This document shows, in pieces, positions 48,801-58,899 of a stretch of 64,000 nt of DNA. The translations under genes were made by a program, and so were the position numbers. Source of the DNA: Takakia lepidozioides (taxonomy: Eukaryota > Plantae > Bryophyta). Below the pieces are notes generated by a model that searched no databases, was not told the DNA's origin, and saw nothing but the letters and a program-made list of their open reading frames with translations. The stretch covers positions 73,842,001 to 73,906,000 of the forward strand of contig CM060733.1 of the NCBI GenBank assembly GCA_030704615.1, given 5' to 3'. The first letter of the stretch is position 1. Every line of letters begins with the position of its first letter.

Positions 48801-50992
48801 TCTGGCGGTATTGTTGACGAGTCTGAGAAAGATCTGCATGCCTTGGCAGAAGAGAAGAGAAAGGAAAGACGTGTCCCTGCTGGGCCAAAGTCGGCAAAGG
48901 AATCTGCTGCTCTGGAAGAATCCAGAAAGGCAGCTGAGATGGCACAAAAGACGGTGGATGCAGCTGTGCAGGCCCAACAGAAGGGGTCGAAGAAGAGGAC
49001 TCGCCAGCAAGGAGCAGCTGTGTGACACCCGCCAAAACGAAGAAGCAGAAACAGCCTGTTCAGGAAGAGGGTGAGGAAGAGGACTCCGATGGAGACTTTG
49101 CAACCAGCCCACCCCCCCAAACGCAGGCTGCCTCCCCTGTGCCCACCGTTGTCATGAGAGGCATGAGAACTGGCTCGGCAAAGAAGGCACTCTTCAACCC
49201 CCCAGGGGGGCACCCTTTCGAGCCGGTGGAAATGAAGAGGCCGAAAGTGGCTCCCGAAACAGTAGTCCAGTGTGTAAATGAGAGTTTCTTGGCGGCTTTG
49301 GATGGACGGGCAGCCAAGTTGGCATACATGAAGACCATGGAGGGTCTGAAGGGCAGAGCACTGAAGAAGGCGACTGCCGAAGAGCCTTCCGACACCCCAG
49401 GATTTCAGAATATGGTCTCGTTCTTTGAGAGGGTGTGTGCAGACAAGGATTGTAGGAGGGGCGGAAATGCCACCGAGTGGTCTTGCGATATGATCATCTT
49501 GGATATTCCGGACGGAGAGCCTGTGGAAGGACTGCAAGCTTTGCCATCTTGGAACAGGTACTCGGAGGACTTTTGGAAGAAAGGATTCGGGCTTGCCCGC
49601 ATGGTGTTGGACGACAGAGGCTGTGTGGTTGTCCTGGCGAGCAGAGGAAAAAACACTCAGACAGGAATTGCGAAGTGGACCCGCAAGAGCGCCGTCCCGA
49701 TTCTGAAAAAGAAGTGGACGTGCATCAACACACTGGGCCTTCGGTCGGAAGGGAAGAAGGTGATTACGACACTGGCACTCGTCCATTCATTTGCTTGGGT
49801 GTTTTCAAATGCGGTGCCGCATTCGGTTTCTAATCGTTTTCCCCCTGTGTATGCAGACGAAGCAGTTCGATGCATACTGCTTTGTGAAGGAGAACTCCAC
49901 CTTTGCTTTCCGGAAGGAGGGAGGAAAGGTTGACCCGAACTGCGACCCACTCGATTACGACGTTCTGTTCAACAACGTTCCCAAGGAACTTCTCCCTCAT
50001 AGCCTCACTTCAACGGAACCCCTGCGGTACTCACGGACTCGGAGCCCTGCCTTCATTCAGACAATTATGGAGACATGCACAGACGTGGAGGGCACAGTGC
50101 TCGACCTCATCTGTGGGACAGGTATGCAGAATCTTGATCTCTGCTGTTCTGCAAATTCTCGTTAGGATGTAGTTCGCAACATCTGAAGCGCCATGTGGTA
50201 ATGTGTGGATGGCATTGTAACAGGTGCCTCAATGTGGGCTGGGCGGTTTTCCGACCGGCACCTCTTTGCCTACGAGGAGGATTCATCCGTGTGGGATCCC
50301 ATCTGGAGGGGCTGCAACGGAATGTGAAGGCTCCCGACAGAGCGGAAGTCTCCTCGGATTCGTCGGAGTCCGAGGAAGACACAGTGGACATTGATGCGGA
50401 GGAGAACCCGGAATACGAGTGAGTGCAAACATTGTAAGTTTGCAAATCCTTCTGGGTCATTTATGTCAAACGAATTTCCCGACTGTGGTTCTCATTAGTC
50501 TCGTTGATGATTGTCATGTGCAGGATTGCAGGGTCCGGGTCGAAACATGTAGGGCCTACATTTCCTGCCAGGAAGAATGTCCCGTTCTTTGCGAGGGCCG
50601 ACTTCATGACGAGCCCGGTGAGGGACTACTCCCTTCCTAGTTATGCAGCTAAACTCGCAAATACAGCGATTAGAAGAAGTGAGAATCCCAGTAAAGTAGA
50701 GCAGATTTTGGAGAGGGCTAGGGAGGACAGAAGGATAAGGAAAGAGTTGGCAGCAGCTCAGACAGGTAGACGGGTACGAAAGTACATATGTGATTCAGCG
50801 GATGAGAGCGACGCAGACAGGGAGGAAAACGACCCAACGGACGTGAGATGGACAGTTCCGCAAGGGGAAGATGGGATTTTCGAAAGCCTGGCCAACGAGC
50901 AGTCCGCTGGAGATGAGAGAAGCACTGAGGGGGTGGAGGAGGAGCAGGACAATCTAGAACAGGATGAGGATTCGGATGATTTTCAAGATTAA
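45859..50992 (+). CDS. Multi-exon ParB/Srx-like plus beta-class N4/N6 DNA methyltransferase-like fusion gene, copy B (about 10 exons; frameshifted as assembled)
   Basis: MPKGRKQ start; IPLCRMV...VRQAL...DVDKLKFAFREGY...FYV...KMFFVWDGNHRLLAW; CDMIILDIPDG (motif IV-like, DIPD at 49502-49513); RSPAFIQTIMETCTDVEGTVLDLICGTG|ASMWAGRFSDRHLFAYEED (motifs X-I-II, spliced over intron 50122-50223); last intron 50419-50523 joins in frame to ORF 50504-50992. Confidence 0.75.
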
Positions 50993-51127
50993 TAGAATTT
51001 TAATGAAGTCTCTGTAAATGTAAATTCTCTTCCAGAGTATATAAAGGAAATTCTGCCCGACATTCGTGACCCCTCTCCAGTGTGCATTCCAGCCACACAA
51101 TCGCCCAAACCACGACGCTCCAAAAAT

Positions 51128-51900
51128 CAGAAATGGGGCACCGCATTTCCAAAATTTTGGCAACTCTAAGAACCTCTTTTGGAAATGCGGCACCGCATTT
51201 CCAAAACATGAGAGGGACTAAATTTTCCATTTCAATGTTGGCATAGTAAAAAGTAATCTGAATTGGAAATGCGGTGCCGCATTTCCAAATTTCCTTTGTC
51301 CACGCGCCAGTTTTGGCCTCTCCCGCTGATTGCATGGATGCCACCACGCTTACAGAGGTCGAACAAGGAGGTCGACATGGCGGGATTGAAAATGCGGTGC
51401 CGCATTTCAGTATTGGGGATGGTCGTTGTTCGAACTGCAGGCCCATCAGCAAAAATTGGCACCGCATTCTTTTTTTAAAAAAAAGTCGATGACGGACATG
51501 GAAATGCGGCGCCGCATTTCCAGAACGGATTCGCAATTTGTCCATTTGCAGACCCTCTCTCGGAAATGCGGTAACGCATTCCATCGCGCTGGTCGGAAAT
51601 GTCACACTTTTCGAAGTGTTGTACGGAAATGCGGCACCGCATTCCCTTGTCCAAAAAGAAGTTTCCATTGCCAAGCTGGAAATGCGTCGCCGCATTTCCA
51701 ATGCCAACCTCGTTTTCTGATCAATTTATAGACCCGTGTTGGTATTTCGTGTACCTGGACGGAAATGATGCACCGCATTTTCTTGTCCCACATGGAAATG
51801 CGGTGCCGCATTTTCTTGTCCCACATGGAAATGCGGTCCGACATGGAAATGCGGTGCCGCATTTCGATGCGGACATGGAAATGCGGTGCCGGATTTCCAT
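51128..51900. repeat. Third cluster (about 14 units) of the GGAAATGCGG-NN-CCGCATTTCC palindrome
   Basis: Units at about 51129, 51181, 51265, 51388, 51500, 51562, 51626, 51679, 51761, 51795, 51845, 51876. Confidence 0.93.
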
Positions 51901-52153
51901 GTCTGACATGGCGTTACTCTGGTATATTCTTGACACATGACTCACATACCGGTTACTCTGCTATATTCATCCGGACAGACACATTGTAGAAATGAGACAT
52001 CAAATTGTAAACAGTGGGCCAATTCCGACAGTTATTCAACACAATGAAACACAGTCATACAGAAGTGAGGTACGATGGGTTTATTGATCGGACACGATGT
52101 CTCACATTTACCAACTGCAGACAAAACTATCCCTTCCTCCTTCTACATGGGCT

Positions 52154-52731
52154 TCACCAAGTCGACGGAACTTCGATACCCCTCAAAACAAGCTCATCAC
52201 TGCTGCGGCACCTCGAGGTAAACTGCAATTCGGTCGTTCTGCTGCCCTTGCTGGAGCCGACGATAATGTCATGTCCATCAATGATACCACCATCATACAT
52301 TGACAAGGTCACTGTGGGCCTCATGTGCCCGTGCGATTCGTCTTCGCAACGCAGGCGAATGTCTCCATACACTGGAAGAGCGGAGTGATCTGCACGTATA
52401 TAGTTTTCCCGGTGCCGTCCTCCCTGGTCCACTAGCAGCAGTTCCAGCGCCAAAGCGAGGCCGTGCGTGATCTATCCGGCATCCCTTTCCAGCTTGGTAT
52501 ATCGAGGTCAACAATTTTCAGGACCCACGGACCGCATTGACCCTCGCCCTCACCTCGCTCAAAGCGGTAATAGCCCTCCAGATACTCCATTGCGCGCAAA
52601 GACTCTTGCTTGATTCCAGCAGCGTCTGTGAAAACAGAGAGCCAGACAATGATGTCTCCTGATTCTGGTTTGAACATAGCATAATCGTGCCCATGATAAG
52701 GGCAGTCGGCTGGATTTCGGCGGCACGACAT
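52154..52731 (-). pseudogene. Unknown protein of about 190 aa, paralog of 53282-53869; one stop and one frameshift
   Basis: MSCRRNPADCPYHGHDYAMFKPESGDIIVW...EYLEGYYRFERG...WVLKIVDLDIPS...RWNCC*W...PVYGDIRL...SMYDGGIIDGHDIIV...ELVLRGIEVP. Confidence 0.75.
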
Positions 52732-53281
52732 CCTTGAAAAAGAGTCGTGGAGTACGCTCAATGACAGCAGCTCCCGGATGGAGGAGGAGGACCGCGGTGG
52801 CTGGAAAAAGTTCAAGCTAACGCTGCAATTCCTCACAAACACTCCAGGGCACATTTAAATTTCCCCCCTGCAGGATCCTGGACCGATGAAGATTGGCTGC
52901 TGCATGAATGTAGCCGTTTCAGTTTCCTACCCTGCCATGCAAACTATGGGCAGTCACTGCCAGGTGGGCCGATAGCCACTGGACACGACGAAGTCCATCC
53001 CCTCTTCGATGTAAATGCGGCGCCGAATTTCCATCCGGGGGGATGGACTTCGGTGGCAGATCTCAAACTATAACTTGTTGAGGAGAAAGATGTATGGGTT
53101 CATCCACCGCTGGCGTGATGAACACGTTCCACCTCCGTCGGTGGGTACGTGTGACCCAGATGCTCCATTATTGGAGGCCGGACTGCTCTTCCGCTTCGTA
53201 TCATTTCCAAAATCTAAGGGCTTCGTAGCTGTCCGCAAGGTCATCGGCATCCAAGTCGTCCTCAGGTCCTCCTTTGCAAGG

Positions 53282-53869
53282 ATGCCGTGCTTCCGGAACC
53301 GGGACGACTGCCCCTTTGGAGGCATCGATTATGCAATGTATTCGGCCACATCGGGAGACATTGTTATCTGGTACACAGATTACACAGAAGATAGTGGTTC
53401 GATTGTGGGAACATTGGTGGCTTTTGAGTATATCGTAGGCCACTACGCCTTCGAGCGGGGTGACGATCTTGGTCTGAGGAGTCAGTGGCTCCTGCGCATC
53501 CTCGATTCCGATTTTCCCAGCTACAACGGTCACCCATGCAGAAGAAGGCGCACTGCTATGCTGTTGCGGTGGAACTGCTGCCACTGGACGTGGGTGGACT
53601 CCATCGGAGAGACCTATTCTCCTCGAGGAGTGCGCTCCTCTTCTCCTCGAGGAGTGCGCTCCTCTTCTCCATTGTATGGGGACATTCGCATTGGTGTGGA
53701 CGACGAAAACGTGAAGATTTCCATATTCGATGGTGGTATGATTGAAGGGCAGGACATTGTGGTGAACATCACTAGGGGCGGTACAACGGCTGCAATCGAC
53801 TTTACATGGAGGAGCCCCATGACTCATGAGCTAGTTCTGAGAGCAGTCGAAGTCCCATTGACAACGTGA
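53282..53869 (+). CDS. Unknown protein of about 195 aa, intact, paralog of 52154-52731
   Basis: MPCFRNRDDCPFGGIDYAMYSATSGDIVIW...EYIVGHYAFERG...WLLRILDSDFPS...RWNCCHW...PLYGDIRI...SIFDGGMIEGQDIVV...ELVLRAVEVP. Full-length protein similarity with diverged DNA indicates coding constraint; start chosen from the homology boundary. Confidence 0.78.
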   Translation: MPCFRNRDDCPFGGIDYAMYSATSGDIVIWYTDYTEDSGSIVGTLVAFEYIVGHYAFERGDDLGLRSQWLLRILDSDFPSYNGHPCRRRRTAMLLRWNCCHWTWVDSIGETYSPRGVRSSSPRGVRSSSPLYGDIRIGVDDENVKISIFDGGMIEGQDIVVNITRGGTTAAIDFTWRSPMTHELVLRAVEVPLTT

Positions 53870-54249
53870 CTTGTATTCAGTAGGCGCAGGGCTCAAGATT
53901 TGATGGCACAATCAGCACAGTAGACGTGCTTCAAATGCAATTCATGTGGATCAATAAAAACCTCATTGTGCCCTCTTTTTATTCTATTCTGTGTCCATCG
54001 TTGCCAGAATGCGTCATTGCTCATTTCGTTTGGGATTGGGAGTGTGGGTGGATTTTGCAAATGGCTGGTAGGCTGAAATGGGCCCCCATTGTACAGAGCA
54101 GTACCACCCTACCATTCGCGAAACATTGCCTTTCAATATATAATTCTAAATAACATTGCGGAACCTCCTTCATCGGGAGGTCCTTCTCCCCCTATGACCG
54201 TGGCACCCTAAACCCTATTCCCGCGGACACTCATTTCCGGAAAATAGTG

Positions 54250-54332
54250 CTGCTCATGTTTTTTTCCACACTTACGACTCTGCTCATGGCTCATGCCGCT
54301 CATGGCTCATGGCTCATGAAATAGCAGCCCCC
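54250..54332 (-). repeat. Right TIR and subterminal (GCTCATG)n repeats
   Basis: GCTCATGGCTCATGCCGCTCATGGCTCATGGCTCATGAAATAGCAGCCCCC is the inverse of the left-end structure. Confidence 0.88.
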
Positions 54333-55319
54333 ACAATGTCTTGGGCGAGCAGCAGCCCCGCCATGAATCGGAGGCAACTGTCATGAAGGCCATCGCAGAG
54401 GAGATGCTTGGTTTAGAAGTTTGTGTCAAAGGTAACATGGCCCTTCAGAACCATCTTTTGAGTGACCTTCGTGTGACGAGAGGAAAGCTAGCGCAAATGG
54501 CCATACGCATGGCTGCGGATCTTCTCCACCGGCTTGTTAGAAGATTTGAACGTGTTGAACGTGTTGAAGAGAAGAAAGGATTGGATAGAGGTTTCTATGT
54601 CATGGAAATCAAGACGTCTTGGACCGAAAAGAGTCTCAACAATCCCTCCATCATCATCTATTTTGCATGCACTTCGTCAAGTTGGGCGTCCCAAATTGAA
54701 GGGTTGAGAGCAAGCAGATTTATGCTCTCGTGCTCCCATTCAGATTGTTGATTTCCCTGAGATTGCATTCTCATCGAAACATTTGGTATCAAACAATTTC
54801 CCATAATTCAAAATGACTGAAGCTATGTTCAGTGACCCATGTGTTGTGTGATTCACATTGGAATGAAAGAGATGTGGATGATCATCCACCTTTTATTGCA
54901 ATTGAGTCTGTATGCATGCATTTGCAGTGATGTGCAAAACACAAATTACCGTGCACTACTATGTTTAGCCTTTAAATTGACACTCCTAAATTCCAATACT
55001 GCAAAACGGTTGCCGCCAGTCTCTAGTGTCTTTCCTGCCACCATTCTTGCATTGCAAGCACACTGCTCCCCTCCTCCCATCATCCCCCTCTTCGTGTAGT
55101 GCTTCGGCCTCTGCTCCCTTGAGCCTGTAGAGGTTCTCTGATCCCCCTCATCCCCCTTCTCATCACAGCTGGCCCCTTATACCCCTGCTTCCCGACGTTG
55201 TGCTCAGCTCCCCGTGATCCCCTTCCCATTCAGTGCTCCCCCTCATCCCCCGATCCCCTGCGGCTTCGCAATGGACTGATATGCCCGGTCCCCTTCACCG
55301 TGCACTGCTCCCCCATGTA

Positions 55320-55745
55320 TCACCCAAAGAGTTTGCTCAACAAGGCAGTGCGGCTGTCATCCGGCGGGGCAATTATTGAAGCCAGGGCCTTGTGTTCAGT
55401 GACCCATGATGTTTTGTGCGATTCATAGTGGTATGAGAGACATTTGTGGTGACCTCGGTGGGAACCATTTGGATTCCCATAGTGTATATAACATATCGGG
55501 CACCATATATGTGGTTTTGAAAGCCATTCTGTCTCATAACCATTATACATTCGCTTCCAACGTGAAGCCACCAGTTCAAAGTTCTCCATTTGAAAAGGAG
55601 GATACCATTGCATTTGCAAGGCAATGCACCATAAAACCGATGCTTCAGTATCATCGTCCCTTTCATAGAGCAAATGACACTGTCTTGGACTAAAGCGAAA
55701 GTTTGTGGGCTCTGGGTCATCTTCCGACTCTCGGCTCTCGGCCAT
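55320..55745 (-). CDS. Hypothetical 141-aa protein with a CxxC...H..HC cluster
   Basis: MAESRESEDD...WLSKPHIWCPICYIHYG...HRGHHKCLSYH; protein-like composition, flanked by GATCCCC repeats; no family recognised. Confidence 0.4.
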   Translation of the reverse strand: MAESRESEDDPEPTNFRFSPRQCHLLYERDDDTEASVLWCIALQMQWYPPFQMENFELVASRWKRMYNGYETEWLSKPHIWCPICYIHYGNPNGSHRGHHKCLSYHYESHKTSWVTEHKALASIIAPPDDSRTALLSKLFG

Positions 55746-55899
55746 TGTTGGGCAAATTTCAGATTTTGCTTTGGTGTTTATTTTCAGTTTTTGTTGCATG
55801 CTTATGCACCACTCGTACATGCAAGGGACGTGACCTTTCATAGTGCAAGACACGGACATGACCTTTTAGAACTTGCCCCTTCACACGCGACTTTTCACC

Positions 55900-56640
55900 C
55901 GTGATCCCCCAATCCTCCTACTTCCTTGATCCCCCGATCCCCCAATTCGAAACTTGCCGTCCCTCATCCCCTCACCCCGTGGTCCCCTCATCCCCCATCC
56001 AGCTCCCGACATTCCCTCCCTGATCCCCTCATCTCCCGCCCTGTTCCCCTGGTTCCTTGATCCCCTGGTCTCCCACCTCACTCCCCTGGTTACCTGATCC
56101 CCTGATCTCCCCACCCGTCCCCCTGGTTCCCTGATCCCCTCATCTCCCGGCCTGTTCCCTTGCTTCCCTGATCCCCTAATCTCCCCGCCTGTTCCCCTGG
56201 TTCCCTGATCCCCTGATTTCCCCACCCATTCCCCTGGTTCTGTGATCCCCTGTTCTCCCCACCCGTTCCCCTGCTCCCCTGATCTCCCCGCCCGTTCGCC
56301 TGGTTCCTTGATCCCCTGATCTCCCCGCCCGTTCCCCTGATTCCCTGATCCCCGCTAACGCCTTGTACAATCCCTTGTCTTCTTCATCCCCTCATCCCCC
56401 GACCCCCCTGAACCTGATCCCCCTGATCCCACGATCCCGCGATCCCCCTGACCCCCCCTGAACGCCTTCTAGGCTCCCTTATCTCCCTCATCCCCCGATC
56501 CCTTGGCTAAGTGATCCCCTGTGGCACCGACCCCCCCGGTTCCCTGATCCCCCTACCCCCTCGTTCCATGACCCCCTCATCCGCCACAACCCTGGTTCTC
56601 TGATCCACCTCAAGGATCCCCTCACCCCTTCATCCCCTTC
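55900..56640. repeat. C-rich minisatellite of TGATCCCC / CCCTGGTTCCCTGATCCCCTGATCTCCCC units (about 36-bp core period)
   Basis: Read directly; a weaker cluster of the same words lies at about 55070-55315. Confidence 0.88.
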
Positions 56641-56849
56641 ACAACACAGTGGACGCCAAAGAAGGCACAAATGGATTACAAAAAACTGGACAAGCTTCAT
56701 TTTTTTTTCGTGGGGAATGGAGATCTAGATACAATAGCTACATCCGAGGCATCCGAGGCATGCACATGCAACAGTCTACGCTGCAAGTCAGCATCGAACA
56801 GTCTGCGGTGCAAAAAGCATCATGATATGACTGGGGTAGATGTCGTGCC

Positions 56850-58613
56850 TCAAATCGGGCCAAAGGATACAAGTGTGAAACACGGGGTCGAGGGTCCATG
56901 GTAGAAAAACTTGGAGGGGAACAGGGACCGGAGGCAGTCGGGCTGGACATTGACGTTTCAGCCAGGAGACAATGGCATCAGATCCCTCGGCAGTTCTTAG
57001 GAGAGGGAATTCAGGAAGCAGACGTCGAACGTCCTGCTCCTCCAGCAATAGTTCAACAATATCAAATTGGGGATCTAGAGATGAGGGGGGAGCAGAAGAG
57101 GAGGGAGCAGCAAAGGGGGGAGCAGACCTGAAAGAAGTCGAGGGAGCAGAAGAGGGGGGAACAAAGCAAGGGGGACATGAGGTGGGGGGACCTGAGATGG
57201 GGGGAGAAGACCTGTTTGCAGCAGAGGCCAGGGGGGGGGCAGGGGCAGGGGTAGACGATGAAGGGGGAGCAGAGACAGGCATGATGGGGGGAACAACATT
57301 CACCAGAAAGGAGGGTGTTACGAATGGAGTACTCTTCTTTCCCACAAGGTAGCTCTCAAAATCTTCCAACTCCAGCCCAATGGATATAGCACAGGGAACG
57401 CCGTCTTTGCAGGTGCTCCATGCCCGCACAGATTTATGCATAGCCTCAATTTCTCCCACGGAAGCATTGATCTGCAAGCAAAAATGCAACACGGAATCAG
57501 CATTTACAAACCGGGGGCAATTTTGGGAAAATATTGGGGGAGCAGATGGCCATAAACTGAAAAGGAGATTGGGGGGTGAAGCAAACATGTTCTTGTAGAA
57601 GCCATCTTCTCCAGCGGCGCTCAGCCCTCTCCACTTGCATTGCAAACCCTCCACTCCATGCAAAATTCACAAATGCATCCCAGAATCTTTCATCATTCTG
57701 GTCAGCAAAATTGGAAGGGAGAAGTCCATGTTGCAGGAGTATAAATGTTCCAGGAGGAGTGATCGGGTGTGGTGTGTTGTGGTCGACGTCCATGGCCCCA
57801 TCCCCTGCAGGAGGCCCTGAGCTCGCAGGCTGCTCCCCCTCGTCCTGATGAGTACTCTACTCCCCCACATATCCATGTCTTCGCTATTTTCCGGACTGGC
57901 CCCCCTGACTTTGAGACCGATCCCCCCCATTTCTGCTGCTGGCTGCTCACGGCTGTAGGGATACTTTTTCTTTGGCTTTCTACTCCAAGTGACAGTGAGT
58001 TCAGGCCGCACTTTGGCTTGTCTCTCACGGGCGGAGGGTAAAGTAGTAACTTTTTTGCCCCCTTCTTTGGTTTGGTGCGTTCAAAATCGGTGTCGGACCC
58101 ACGACGGCTAGTCCTCTTCGCAAGGGCAGCCACTTGTGAAGGTGCAGGCGCATCAGGCTTCCGTTTTCTTGACCCTTTGGGCTACTGTTGCCGATCAGTA
58201 GGGGACACGTCGTCTCCTGGTACATGCCGCACTTCGGGGTTTGTACACCCTCTCAACCTCTCCACAAAATGAGTAACATGCTTCGAGAACTCGGCAGCGG
58301 GCCAAGGATTTAGTGGCAACTCAACCTTGTCCCAACCATCCACCATGTTCAACCAAGGACAACCCTCCCCATCAATGACATGCCTATTCAACCTAACCTT
58401 ATCCTTCATGGGCTGCCCACAAAACTTGCACTTATAGGGATTCCTTTGTTTTGCGCCATCACAAACACTAAGGTCCGCCTCTGCCTCCACTATCATCTCC
58501 TCCCACCCAGTTGGCGTATACCAAAAAAAAACCTCATCCCCTTTCTTAGGCTTGTGCCAAAAAACTAGCATACCATCCTCCGGGGGAACAACCTTAGGCC
58601 TAGTCTTCGCCAT
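56850..58613 (-). pseudogene. Disrupted unknown gene with a C2H2-like finger and a Pro/Ser-rich region
   Basis: MAKTRPK...YKCKFCGQPMKDKVRLNRHV; continues through a stop at 58182 into ORFs 57702-58133, 57667-58011, 57497-57793 and 56788-57663, with a probable intron at about 57473-57587. Confidence 0.45.
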
Positions 58614-58899
58614 CGGCAACGAGCACACGACGCCGAAATACACAAAAGAAAAAGCAAGGAACAAAGCCAGAGAAAACAAGGAAGAGCACACGGATTGCAA
58701 CGATCAAAAGGAAAACACAACGCATAAACAGCAAAGAGGATATGAGTAGAGCAGCTGAAAAACAACAACGAAGAGCCGCCACCGAAGAGTCGCTTCGTGA
58801 GGAAGACATTTCGCACGTGCAGTGTACCTATGGGACCGGGCACGTGGGGGAGCAGGGGATCAGTCGATGGACACGTGGTGACAGCACCAGACTGGGGAT

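Larger units (their letters stand above)
26207..54332. mobile_element. Large MULE-like DNA transposon, composite across an assembly gap, carrying a transposase, a ParB-like/DNA-methyltransferase gene, palindrome arrays and two paralogous unknown genes
   Basis: Left end GAGGTTTACTATTTCATGAGC; right end reverse complement GGGGGCTGCTATTTCATGAGC (17/21 match); both followed by CATGAGC heptamer repeats. No TSD found, consistent with the two ends coming from different copies joined at the N gap. Confidence 0.82.

Noticed and set aside
45859-50992. Bacterial contamination as the source of the ParB-MTase gene
   Set aside because: The gene has multiple GT-AG introns that restore the reading frame and lies within plant-type transposon sequence.
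26198-54341. Target-site duplication for the large MULE
   Set aside because: Left flank GGGGCGGGG and right flank ACAATGTCT do not match; the ends probably come from different copies across the gap.
54341-54751. 136-aa ORF beyond the right TIR
   Set aside because: No ATG at the called start, no recognisable motif, no second copy; unsupported.
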